A stretch of DNA of 63,096 bases, filler included, from Aduncisulcus paluster (Eukaryota): the NCBI GenBank assembly GCA_024181965.1. It is 13 parts of 13 records of this genome, joined end to end, with 100 filler letters (N's around TTAATTAATTAA, not from the genome) between each part and the next. Parts side by side here need not be neighbours in the genome. Positions count along the whole stretch, not along the records: positions 33,039 to 36,202 come from BQXS01000195.1; positions 36,303 to 52,615 come from BQXS01000196.1; 11 more parts are not named here. The stretch is one strand, 5' to 3'. Position numbers and translations under genes: made by a program. The notes under the pieces were generated by a model, which was not told where the DNA came from, made no database searches, and saw only the letters and a program-made list of their open reading frames with translations. This document shows positions 33,039 through 44,064 of this stretch, piece by piece (the stretch's first letter is position 1; each line of letters opens with the position of its first letter).

Positions 33039-34848
33039 CATTTTCTCCCCCTTTGAAGATGTAAGAGAGAAGATAAGGTATGAAGGAAGTGGAGAACTGG
33101 ATGATTCTCCTCCAATACAAATACAAGCACCCTTAATGGGAGTAGATGTGGAGAAAGGAAGGGAGATATCTGTAAATTCTCCCCGATTACGCTCTCCTTT
33201 CATCATCTTTTGTGCTGCAGAACTCTGATCATATTCTTTATCACCTTTTCCCTTGGTCCTATTCTTTGCTTTGATGACAGTTATATCAGGACTCTTAACA
33301 TTTGGGGAGTCTCGGGGAATTGGAGAGCAAGATTCGTCACCTTCATGAATAAACTCTGATTTAATGGTGGGCTACATATCATTTTTGAAAAAGAGATATA
33401 TAATGGTATTAGAAACAAATCGAGAGATAATATTGTAAAACAAGATTAGCGTGAATCGTATCAAATAATAAAACAAAGAAATGTGAAAATATTAAACCAA
33501 TAAAATATAATGAACATACAGCTTTAGACCATTGTTCCTCAATGAATTCTCGAATACAACGTTCTTCAGGGGTTTCTTCTCGAAAGAATATGAGGGAGGG
33601 GATGTCAAAACATCGACTATTCTTCCCCCACCAACTTCCTTTCCCTTCAATCTCACACAATACAACATTATCCAAATCAATAGGAAGGAAGTGCCATTCA
33701 TATGAATGTTTAGGTCTTGTGAATTCATACTTCTTGAATGTCTTCTTACCATCACAATCAGTGAAAGTGAAGAGAAGAGAGGGTGAACAAGCATACTTGT
33801 TCACACAGATATAAGCACCTTTCATTGGACTAGGTGACGGGAATGGGATGGAAAGATGGGATAAAGCAACACCAGATTCCCCTTTTAACATTCCTTGTGC
33901 TCTTGAACTCCTATCATACAGCTCAGATTCCTTACTCTTCGAATCATCTTTGCACTTAATCATTGCGAATGAAGGATCTACAAGCTTTGGATCATTTCGT
34001 GGAATGGGAATAGAATCTCTACCTCCGTCCTTAACAAACTCTGGATTCACAACTGGAGCTTCAGACCAAAGTTTCTCTCTGGCTTCACGAGATTTGATTT
34101 CTTCAGGGGTTTCTTCTCTACAAATGAAAATGAGGGATTCGATTTTAAAATACTCTTCCTTTCTTCCTCTCCCTGTAATCTCGCATAGAACAACATCAGG
34201 GAGATCAATAGGGAGAAAGAACCAGCTTGTTTTTTCTAATTCAGGAAATTCTTATTTTTTAAACATTTTCTCCCCCTTTGAAGATGTAAGAGAGAAGATA
34301 AGGTATGAAGGAAGTGGAGAACTGGATGATTCTCCTCCAATACAAATACAAGCACCCTTAATGGGAGTAGATGTGGAGAAAGGAAGGGAGATATCTGTAA
34401 NNNNNNNNNNNNNNNNNNNNCCTGTAATCTCGCATAGAACAACATCAGGGAGATCAATAGGGAGAAAGAACCAGCTTGTTTTTTCTAATTCAGGAAATTC
34501 TTATTTTTTAAACATTTTCTCCCCCTTTGAAGATGTAAGAGAGAAGATAAGGTATGAAGGAAGTGGAGAACTGGATGATTCTCCTCCAATACAAATACAA
34601 GCACCCTTAATGGGAGTAGATGTGGAGAAAGGAAGGGAGATATCTGTAAATTCTCCCCGATTACGCTCTCCTTTCATCATCTTTTGTGCTGCAGAACTCT
34701 GATCATATTCTTTATCACCTTTTCCCTTGGTCCTATTCTTTGCTTTGATGACAGTTATATCAGGACTCTTAACATTTGGGGAGTCTCGAGGAATTGGAGA
34801 GCAATAGAAACCAGCTTCATGAATAAACTCTGGTTTAACTTCTTGAAT
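33039..34848 (-). pseudogene. tandem ~170-aa lineage-specific domain protein (three domain copies, the last partial) with an in-frame TAA; 148-nt intron 33519-33372
   Basis: Repeated unit KPEF...PIPR...KGA.IC...KKYEF...FLPIDL.DVVLCEI.G...REETPEE. The first unit has KK*EF (TAA at 34252-34254 and 34501-34503). A GTATGT..TAG intron joins WSKA to PTIKSEF in frame. 34172-34400 is duplicated at 34421-34649 across the gap. Confidence 0.7.
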
Positions 34849-34910
34849 CTAACAAATTTAATTGAGCATTTAGTGGAAATGAAGCAATAAAAAACACCCG
34901 AAAGAGAAAA

Positions 34911-35434
34911 GGGGTTATGAAAGCAATATGGGCATTAATTTTCAAATTAATTATGTAAAACATCATAAAATGTATAAATTCGAAAATTTTCAGAAACATA
35001 CAAAATATTGGCTACGTTTTGAGCTTGGTTCGCGGGAAAATATTGACATTATGTTCTAAAATATGTATGATGAGAACACGAACGATAATAAAAATAATAT
35101 GATAATTTTAACAAAGAATGTCATCACAATCATCGAACATGAAGTGAGTTTCAAGGAGGAAATGAGGACAAGAACAAAACAAAGGGTTATTAAAGCAATA
35201 TGGGCATTAATTTTCAAATTAATTATATAAAACATCATAAAATGTATAAGTTCGAAAACTTTCAGAAACATACAATATCTTGGCTACGTTCGCTTGGCAT
35301 TGGATCTATTGTGTTCTAAAATGTCTATGATGAGAACACGAACGATAATAAAAATAATATGATAATTTTAACAAAGAATGCCACCACAATCATCGAACAT
35401 GAAGTGAGTTTCAAGGAGAAAATGACGACAAGAA
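34911..35434. repeat. imperfect ~260-270-bp tandem duplication, non-coding and AT-rich
   Basis: GGGTTAT.AAAGCAATATGGGCATTAATTTTC occurs at ~34912 and ~35183. TGTTCTAAAAT...GAAGTGAGTTTCAAGGAG occurs at ~35052 and ~35312. Confidence 0.85.
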
Positions 35435-35937
35435 TAAAAAAGAACAGCCAGCGGGAGAACCAGTGAATAAAACAGGGTGATTATGGATTGACAAGAAGTT
35501 AATATCTAACTAACGAAAAATTATGACATACAATATTTTCAATATTTCTTTTACAACGGGAAGAAATGAAGTTTTAGAATTCAAAACTCTGTATAATAAC
35601 AATGCAAGATGACATTGCAGAATATATCGATTAAAAAATATAAATGGTTTCTTTCTAACATATATTGGATAACAATCGTGTCATTCCACTCCTGACACAA
35701 AATCGTTTCCTAAGTCCCGAGTTTTGTTCACATATTGCATTGTAAAGTTTTATTATATGATGAAAAGTTGTGGTTGTAATCTGTGAATGTCACTTATTGG
35801 TAGATATCCAATTCGTTTTGACTACCGATTGAAATATCATATTTCTCAACGCCTAATTTGTTATACATTTACTTTTGAGATCTGCTTATCCCAATTTCTG
35901 ATAAAACAATCTTATATTATCATGTTCAGCATATTGC

Positions 35938-36202
35938 TTAGTTTTCATCCTTTTTCTCTGCATTTATCTCGTTTTGAACCAAACTTAATTTTATCATTGC
36001 CATCGAAACTCTTTCTTCTGCTTCAATAACTCTCCTTTCTGCTTCTCGAACTCGAATCTCAGCCATTTTCACCCTTATTTCTGCAATTTCTTTTTTTCTA
36101 AGAAAGTCATGAATTTTTTGAATTAATTCCATCTCTGAACTTAAAGCTTTTGAGATTAATGCATCAATTTTTGATAGTTCTTCGTGATCATCGCGTTCAT
36201 GA
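35938..36202 (-). CDS. C-terminal coiled-coil fragment of a hypothetical protein, 5' partial
   Basis: Open from the contig edge: HERDDHEELSKIDALISKALSSEMELIQK...AEIRVKMAEIRVREAERRVIEAEERV. Confidence 0.5.
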
Positions 36203-36302
36203 NNNNNNNNNNNNNNNNNNNNNNNNNNNNNNNNNNNNNNNNNNNNTTAATTAATTAANNNNNNNNNNNNNNNNNNNNNNNNNNNNNNNNNNNNNNNNNN
36301 NN

Positions 36303-37149
36303 ACACCAACATATCATTGATAAAAAGACCACACCATCAACGATATCCCCAAGTGTTCAATTGCTGTTTGATGGAGTTGTAAGCTTATGCAGTGGAAACA
36401 AAATATCTGGGGCTTCAACCATGCTGAACCATGGCTGGCAACATGAACGTTTGTCTTCATCGATGAAGGAAATGCCTGGAATGGAACAAGGAGAGGATGA
36501 TAGTAGTAGAGATTCTCATTCTAAAAATAGCACAATGATGTCTGATCATCAAAAAGAAAAGCAGAGCCGATCGACTCCTGGAAAAAGCAATCTCCATGGC
36601 CCTCTTTTCTCTCATGTGGTTCAAACCATGCGAAAGGATCAAATTGAAGTGAAGAAAGAAAGAAAAAGAAGGGAGCTTGTTAAAAAAGAAGAGAGACAAA
36701 GGTTGGTCAAAGTGGAAGAAGAAGAAGAGAAGAGAGCTGCAAGAGCAAGGAAACGACAACTTCTTGTCGACCAAGAAATGCAAAAAAAGAAAGATAAGGA
36801 AAAGGGTGCCGTATATTCTGTTTCATATTTATTTCCTCATTCTCCTCACAAATCTCTCTCTTCTCCCAAATCTGCATCGTTACAACAACCGTTAAGAATA
36901 TCCAGCACAGACTCATCAAGGTCGGTTGCCATTGTTCCATCGAAAAAGAGGATTCCAAAGGTTAAACCACCGCCACCTCCATCCAAAGCCTCTTCACTTG
37001 AACCAATGCTTTCCAAGGCGGCACCAAAGCCTTTATCCTCTCCGGGTGTGTCTTTTTCATCGTTAATGTCATTTGAGGATATTATGAAGGAAAGTGATGA
37101 TTTTCTGGCCTCTGTTAATGCCACTTTGGAAATGGCAAAGGAGGGATGA
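36303..37149 (+). CDS. hypothetical charged/Pro-rich protein, 5' partial
   Basis: Open frame from the contig edge to TGA 37147-37149, with a K/E/R coiled segment. Confidence 0.6.
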
Positions 37150-38265
37150 AACAGTAATAATGGTAACGGCACGTACGTCAATTCTGTGTGTAGAGTGTCA
37201 ACTTCAAGTTGATATTATTGGAGTTGACGTCCCAATAGATCTCCCCTACCTGACGTTTCGGATGGACACCCCCCGGTAAGCATAATAACTACATTTTATT
37301 TATTTTTTATTATCCATAATTCCTTCTCTTTTCTACTGAGTCAGTAGCTACTGACGTAGTTTTTCTTTTTGAGTTATGGATAATANNNNNNNNNNNNNNN
37401 NNNNNGTAGAGTGTCAACTTCAAGTTGATATTATTGGAGTTGACGTCCCAATAGATCTCCCCTACCTGACGTTTCGGATGGACACCCCCCGGTAAGCATA
37501 ATAACTACATTTTATTTATTTTTTATTATCCATAATTCCTTCTCTTTTCTACTGAGTCAGTAGCTACTGACGTAGTTTTTCTTTTTGAGTTATGGATAAT
37601 AACCAATTTATGTCATTTTATGACGATCGCGATCCCAGGACTTCGGTCTGTGGGAGTACGCCCAACTGGGTGGGGTTCTTGACTCTCCTTCTGCTCGAGA
37701 CAAGAGTGGCCCTATCCAGTATCAGCCCCATAATCATTCATCTTCGGTTCGAGCCCTTAGAGGGAGATTTTATTGCTTCTTTGGTTATGGGGTTTGATTT
37801 TCTGGCCAGGTCAGACTGGCCTCTATTAATGCCACTTTGGAAATGGCAAAGGATGATATTTGAACGGAGTAAAAGGTCGTATTTTTATCAAAAAAAAGAA
37901 AATATATTATTTTTGGGTGACAATATATCTGTTACTGGTTTAATCACGCTGTGATGGTGATCAACCAAATTAATCTGCGTTTTATCAAAATTCAAACAAT
38001 TTATTAATGTATTTGATATTATTGAAGTATTAAGTTATTTCTATTCAATTTTTATCTTGCAAATTCGTTCTATAACCTGATCCGGGTGAAATCCCGATAA
38101 GAATACGTGGGAAAGCATCAAAAATATCGATATAATAAGGAAGAGGACATTAATACATAATATTTCATTCACAACAATGGTCAAATTTGAATAAACTCAT
38201 GGTAGATTCCAGGGCAAGCATCCTTCCCTATTTTGTCAACAGATCTGAAACAAAATATCTTTTAA

Positions 38266-38883
38266 ATGTCTGAACAAGAACCTGTAGAACCTACAGAACC
38301 AAAAGAACCTATGCAACCCAAGGACCAAATGATTTCTGAGCTCAAGGGAGTAATTGACAGTGTTCAAGGATTTAGAGAACTTGCCAAAAAGCAAAGCCAA
38401 GTTGTCATTCCTCGTCTTCAAGCTAAAGCTAAGGCCTATAAAGAAGCCTATGTTGAGTTGAGTGCAATCATCAACCATTTTTTGCGTGAGCATGATGTTA
38501 CTATGGCTGTCACTGAGGTGAACCAGAGGTTACTTCTCTCTCCTAAGCCTGGAGCCCGTGGACAAGATGCTGGAGCCTCTCCTTCTGCTGCTTCCCACGT
38601 TGAATTGATCCGTCAAGGTCTTGAACAACTCAGGTTGCAAGAAGAGCTTAAGGAAAAAGATTTCAACGAGGAAACCAAAGAAATGAAAGATGAGATTACA
38701 AAACTGAAAGTCGTCAATGAGAGGATGAAAAAGAGGATTTCAACCTTATCATCTGGAGCTGCTTTCGATGAAGATGCTGAAGAGAAGGCTGAACGTGTGA
38801 GATTGGTTGTTATGCTATTTGCTTTGCTTATTGCCCTTGGTATTATTGTTGTTGGTTCTATCTTTTTAGCAAAGAAGAAGTAA
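38266..38883 (+). CDS. tail-anchored coiled-coil membrane protein
   Basis: 205-aa ORF with coiled coils, a C-terminal TM (LVVMLFALLIALGIIVVGSIFL) and KKK. Codon bias resembles the highly expressed genes here. Confidence 0.75.
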   Translation: MSEQEPVEPTEPKEPMQPKDQMISELKGVIDSVQGFRELAKKQSQVVIPRLQAKAKAYKEAYVELSAIINHFLREHDVTMAVTEVNQRLLLSPKPGARGQDAGASPSAASHVELIRQGLEQLRLQEELKEKDFNEETKEMKDEITKLKVVNERMKKRISTLSSGAAFDEDAEEKAERVRLVVMLFALLIALGIIVVGSIFLAKKK

Positions 38884-39127
38884 ATTTATTCGATTTAATA
38901 TCACACGATTTGTTTTTTTCCTTCAAGGTAGTATCGATATTTATGAGAAAAGAAAAAGAAATTCACCTGTTAAAAATGATAATTTAGAGGATGGTCGTTA
39001 ATATCTTTTCATAATTTAGATAAATTTCAACACATAGCCATTTTTTCGACCAGTAGAACCCAAATCCGAGTTTTGCCAGATCGCAGTCCGCCGTTTCTAC
39101 TTTGGGCGATAAAACACTTTTACACGA

Positions 39128-39418
39128 ATGCGACCTCGTGATATTTGCAATTGTGATTGCGAGGGGTCAACATATTACCTTGAAATCTCTTGTTCTTTGT
39201 GTAATAGGAATGTATGCAAAAGAGCTTTCAATCAATGTCAAAATCAATATTCATTTGAACAAAGTTCGTGTATTCAGAGGTTATCGGGAATATCTGTCCT
39301 CTCTCTCATATTTTTTTTTACAGGATTTCTTCTCTTGCTATATATCGTTTTTGTTGTGAGAAATGTTTCTGAAGCGCGAAAGAAATTGAAGGTTTGTCCG
39401 TATATAGCTCCAAAATAA
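39128..39418 (+). CDS. small Cys-rich single-TM hypothetical protein
   Basis: CNCDC...CSLC...C...C...C followed by a hydrophobic helix and basic residues. Gene boundaries are uncertain. Confidence 0.4.
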   Translation: MRPRDICNCDCEGSTYYLEISCSLCNRNVCKRAFNQCQNQYSFEQSSCIQRLSGISVLSLIFFFTGFLLLLYIVFVVRNVSEARKKLKVCPYIAPK

Positions 39419-39808
39419 TATTCAATTTTCAGATGTTATTGATTTTTGAATGTCAATAGTTTTTTGAATGGATGGTTGCTATTTTGGCAGGATTGGTTCA
39501 CTCTTTGTATTTGTCGATTATGCATAAATATAATCCCAAAAATGAGCACTACTTCACTGATTATTAAAATGATAAAAACATAGGGACATGGTGCATTTGT
39601 CGAGTAATTCAAGTTGGAAATGACTACGTATGAAAATAGTAAAATTCAATGTATACTGCATATTGATACTGTCCGACAGTAGAGTCAATGGACTGGCCGG
39701 CAGTCATTCCTTCTCCACTCAATTTGGTTCAATCGTACACAAGTTGTGTTGCATCTCTGTTTTCTTCACGGATCAAAATTATTTTTTTCTTTTTATTTGA
39801 CCTAGTGT

Positions 39809-40210
39809 ATGTCTTGCCCTCAATTTTCATTCCCGATTTCAAAACAGCAAACAATAGAAAAAACATCATTATCGATCATAGTACAACTCTTTGATGATAG
39901 AATTTTTTTTTCTATTTCCGACTGTAACAAATTGGGTACAATTTATAGCGTGTCTACAACGATGAATCCATATGCAAAAGCTCTAAAAACCGAAAAAGAT
40001 TCACATTTTGATACATCGGTTTCGCAAATTTCTGGTGTTGAAACTAATGAATTCTATGAATTATTGTGTCTTAGACTAAGTGAACTATCACTAAAACGAC
40101 CACTTATTGTGTCTCTGAGTATTCGAACTCTTAACTTGGAAATTATTAAAGTAATAGAAAGAGAAGCCCATAAAATGGTAATAGCATGTTTTGATCAGTT
40201 AAAAAAATAG
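39809..40210 (+). CDS. PSMG3: proteasome assembly chaperone 3 (PAC3/PSMG3)-like
   Basis: 133 aa. IIVQLFDDRIFFSISDCNKLGTIYSV...SQISG...YELLCLRL...RPLIVSLSIR follows the PAC3 pattern. Confidence 0.65.
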   Translation: MSCPQFSFPISKQQTIEKTSLSIIVQLFDDRIFFSISDCNKLGTIYSVSTTMNPYAKALKTEKDSHFDTSVSQISGVETNEFYELLCLRLSELSLKRPLIVSLSIRTLNLEIIKVIEREAHKMVIACFDQLKK

Positions 40211-40391
40211 ATTTATTTTTAATGATTGTTCTATGATCTTTTCAAAGGGTCTATATGGTTTTCAGTGGTGTTTGAACAATTATTTTAATTCGTCTGATTA
40301 AAATATTCAATAAATTCGGACGATTTGATTTTATTTTGATATTCTAATGTAAGGGATCACGATTTTAGGAAAAAACCGATTATTTGTCAAA

Positions 40392-41511
40392 ATGGATGGA
40401 AAATCAAAAACTTTTATAACTAGAACAGATGTGTATGTAGTTTTTATTGTTTGTTATGACTTTGTTTTGGGTTTTACCTCTTCATATTAATGTCTTGATG
40501 GATTTTTTTAAGAACCGAAAGATTGGTGAAGTTAGTTCGAAAAGACGTATGTTAATGTGTTTAAAATGTTGTATTTCTTCTTATTTTATTGGTTTTGAGT
40601 GTTTATTTCTTTTTTTTAATGAACAGAAAGAGAATGCTGGTTCATTGTCGATAGCCGCTTTAAAAAGGCGCCAAGAATTGGTTGATATTGATAGACAGCT
40701 CCGTGCAACGCGTCAAGATACCTTAAAGAAACATGAAGATCTTGATATTCGCGAAAAGGCCCTTCTCCACCGTCAGGCTGCCTTCAGTAAGAAAGTCAAA
40801 AGATATTATCAATATATTAGTGATTGTGTCTCGAAGCGAGATACGGCTCTAAACAATATTCAAAATTTGGAGAGGTCTTCAATTCTCGATGAGGAGAAGA
40901 TTGATGGTTATCGGTATAAAATTGAAAATGCAAAGAAATCTCTCAGTTCACTCATCAAGCATGTAGATATGATTGCCAAATATATCAGATTCTTATCATC
41001 TGTCGTGGAAGTGGAGCCATTATTTGGAGTTCCTGAGGACGTTCTTGAGAGGTATGAAACCCTTCGGTTGACGTGGAAATCGCTCTGGAGAGGTGAAAAT
41101 GCCGCCAGAGTACGTGTGAGAAATGCCCAGCAACAGCTTCATGAACTTGAAAAAACGTGTGCGAAAGAGAAGACGGAATTTCAGAAAACTAAAACTTTGG
41201 GTGTTGCAAGATACCTTGAAGAAGAAGAAAAAGCGGAGGTCAAAAAGGCACAAATGAGTGAGATGACTGCTAAAACCGCCGATAATGCCACCACCGTATG
41301 TCGAATTCACAGTGCTGTTGATAATATGCTGTCAAGGAGTACTATAAAATTGTCTCATGTTCACGTTGTATCCACAGATAAAGTTGGGATTTTGTGTGAT
41401 AATATTCAATACATTGAGGCGTTAATAGGAAAAACTATCGAAGTAGAAAAGGATATTTTGGCTTCTCCTTCAAAGAAAATCCCAGGAAAGACAAAACCCG
41501 GTCGAAAGTAA
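40392..41511 (+). CDS. CCDC42/CFAP73 family (DUF4200) ciliary coiled-coil protein; exons 40392-40432, 40513-40546, 40627-41511
   Basis: Two 80-nt GTATGT...AG introns restore one frame (MDGKSKTFITRTDVTERLVKLVRKDKENAG...). Motifs LKRRQEL, SKRDTA, KYIRFLSSVVE and DVLERYETL. Confidence 0.75.
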
Positions 41512-41872
41512 TCAAATTTAATTTTTTTTTTTCAATGATTATTAAAAATTTTTCTCAAAAAATAATGTACTTTATTTCTACTGTTAATACCAATCTTTTT
41601 GATAGGATCTATTTGTATTAAATAACTAAGATTGAGATGCTTTAGGCGATGCTTTCAGAAGATCAGACATGCGAAGAGCGTTGTTCCTGCCAGTTTATTC
41701 AATTTGGTTTCTGATACCCCTTTTGTAAGAGGTCTTATAAACTTTGAGACAAGGTGAATAACTATTCCAAAAACTCCTGCTTCAAATATAAAGTTTATAT
41801 TATTTTATCATTATGTATGGAGCAATACAAAGTTTTGAGTAAAATTATAGATTATTTTTGAGAATTGAAGTT

Positions 41873-43579
41873 CTATTTGGCTTTGGTTTTTCTAACTCTT
41901 CTCTTAACTTTCTTTCTCCTCTTTCTTTTCCTATCTTGAGATTCAAATTCAAGCACAGCAATCCCGTTCTTAAAATCCCTCTGCCTTTCCCAACGGCCGC
42001 TTCTATGTTCTTGACCGAGGGCGCACAAACAAAACTCTCTCCCATCAATCTTCAGTACAGAAATTCCATTGACGAACCCAGGAACTTCAATAGATTCACG
42101 AACGTCGAGGGAACCACGCTCAGAATCAATAAACACGCCATATACATGTCCACGAGCACCCAATATGGTAAATTGGCATGTATCGTCAACAAAAGTGGAA
42201 GAATGAAGCTTCGACGACGATTCATGTTCTACCTTGAGTTCAGCAGTAACACCACTAAGGAATTGGGCTGGATGATCAGGGTGGATAAGATCACGGGTGG
42301 GTTGGTGTTCGTGGATTGAATCTATTGTGATTGATCTCACTGACGAGCTCGGGAGTTTCAAGGGAAGTTCACACATGGTTCCATATTTTTCATCATCGGT
42401 CTCTTTGGCTTTTTCATTGTCTTTTGTCACTTTTCTTGTCAAAGTAACAAACGAAGAGAGTAACTTTTCAGAAAATCTTCTTTTCCCTTGAGATTCATCT
42501 TCTATATCTTCCTTCTCATCTTCACTGACCGAGTCATCAAGAGGTATCAACTTTTTCTCTTCAGACTTACTATTAGGTATAATATCTCCTTTTTGGTCAA
42601 TTCGAACGACTCCTTTGGGTTTTTTCTTTCCAAGATCCCATATTTCAACCACGCCACATTCACTACCACATGCAATAAAATGACGCCCATCAACGGGAAC
42701 AATGCAATCCCAATCTCCACATTCACAGGTTTCGGCGTTTGCCCTGACTATGCCATCATCAAGGGCACCAACAACTCCACCTAACTGATAAACAAGTTGA
42801 GTATCACCTCGAACACGCCACACACGTGCTGTATGATCATCGGCTGAGCTCAACAGACGGCCAGGGCCAGATTGTTCAAGACGTCTAATAATGGAACCGT
42901 GTCCATGCAGAGTCTTCAGAAAACAACGATCACGCCAATCATTAACACGAATGACTCTATTTGAGTGAGCAGAGAGTAATAAAGAGGGCTTGTCTTGTTT
43001 GTAAGTGGCAGCAAGATCAATTTTGACATCATCAAGGAATAGAACATCTGTCACGGGAATTCTATCAAAATAAGATCCAAATACATCCACACTTGCACCT
43101 GTTTCAGCATCCCATAGACATACCAGTCCATCTTCACCTCCAGATGCCAAAATTTTACCATCAGGAGAGAGAGATAATGATGACACACATCCACGGTGTG
43201 ATTCGTTGGGAGGAAGTGGGCCTATTGAGGAAACAAATCGTTTCTTACTTCCAACTTGAGCTTTATATCTTTGAACATGGGGATGAATCTCGCCTTTCCG
43301 CAAGGATCGTCTTCCAACTACATCCCATTCCCGAACAATTCTAATTTGAGCTTCTTTATCCAAATCAATCGAATATTTTGAGATTGTTCCATCTTTAGAT
43401 GAAATATAAAACTCTCCAGTTTCGGAATTAGAAACAATATCTGTACAACTCAACTTGTGGTGAGCAAGTCTTTGTACGGATTTCAATTTCATTCTATTTT
43501 TAATTATTCTTATTTGTTCATCATTATCGCTACTTTCTTCATCTCCTGCGTCAACTCCATAGACAAGACCGAGTCCCAT
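41873..43579 (-). CDS. RRP9: U3 snoRNP WD40 protein RRP9/U3-55K
   Basis: WD40 repeats (LSLSPDGKILASGGEDGLVCLWD; LHGH...DHTARVWRV...TQLVY) and the C-terminal signature GQEHRSGRW...KNG. Start is uncertain. Confidence 0.85.
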   Translation of the reverse strand: MGLGLVYGVDAGDEESSDNDEQIRIIKNRMKLKSVQRLAHHKLSCTDIVSNSETGEFYISSKDGTISKYSIDLDKEAQIRIVREWDVVGRRSLRKGEIHPHVQRYKAQVGSKKRFVSSIGPLPPNESHRGCVSSLSLSPDGKILASGGEDGLVCLWDAETGASVDVFGSYFDRIPVTDVLFLDDVKIDLAATYKQDKPSLLLSAHSNRVIRVNDWRDRCFLKTLHGHGSIIRRLEQSGPGRLLSSADDHTARVWRVRGDTQLVYQLGGVVGALDDGIVRANAETCECGDWDCIVPVDGRHFIACGSECGVVEIWDLGKKKPKGVVRIDQKGDIIPNSKSEEKKLIPLDDSVSEDEKEDIEDESQGKRRFSEKLLSSFVTLTRKVTKDNEKAKETDDEKYGTMCELPLKLPSSSVRSITIDSIHEHQPTRDLIHPDHPAQFLSGVTAELKVEHESSSKLHSSTFVDDTCQFTILGARGHVYGVFIDSERGSLDVRESIEVPGFVNGISVLKIDGREFCLCALGQEHRSGRWERQRDFKNGIAVLEFESQDRKRKRRKKVKRRVRKTKAK

Positions 43580-44064
43580 TGAACCAAAAATATTGATTGT
43601 TTGCAATTGCGAGCTCTAGTATAAAATAAGCTTGTATAATGGCGATCCTTTGCCCAAATTTGAATTTTTTCATAATATAAGATTTTATTTATTCGATTAC
43701 TTAACTGAACTACGAGATTGAATCTTTTTGTTGGATTTGATCGAGATAAGTTTCCTTATCGAATATCTAGATGTAGAAGAGCACAAGATGTTGCATTCAA
43801 AAGAAAAATTTGAACAACTATACATCCTTTTTGTGTGACAACTGCCTTCCATCCTATGATGGCCAGTTGAGGGAAATATGTATTATTGATATTGTTTTAT
43901 GTCATTTATTGAAAAATTTTCATCTTTTATCGGTTTATATACTTCACTTAGTTTACTGTTGATCATCTCATGTCATCTCAAAATTGACATGGTTTGTCTG
44001 TTCATATCTCACTCCCTCATCCTTCTTTTGTCGGGTATATTTAATTTTGTATTCCCTTTTCGTG

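Noticed and set aside
37240-37285. Hammerhead ribozyme (CGAAACGTC on the minus strand) or U1 snRNA 5' end (ATGCTTACCGG)
   Set aside because: There is no CTGANGA core for a hammerhead, and no U1 stem-loop I (GATCACGAAG) or Sm-site arrangement.
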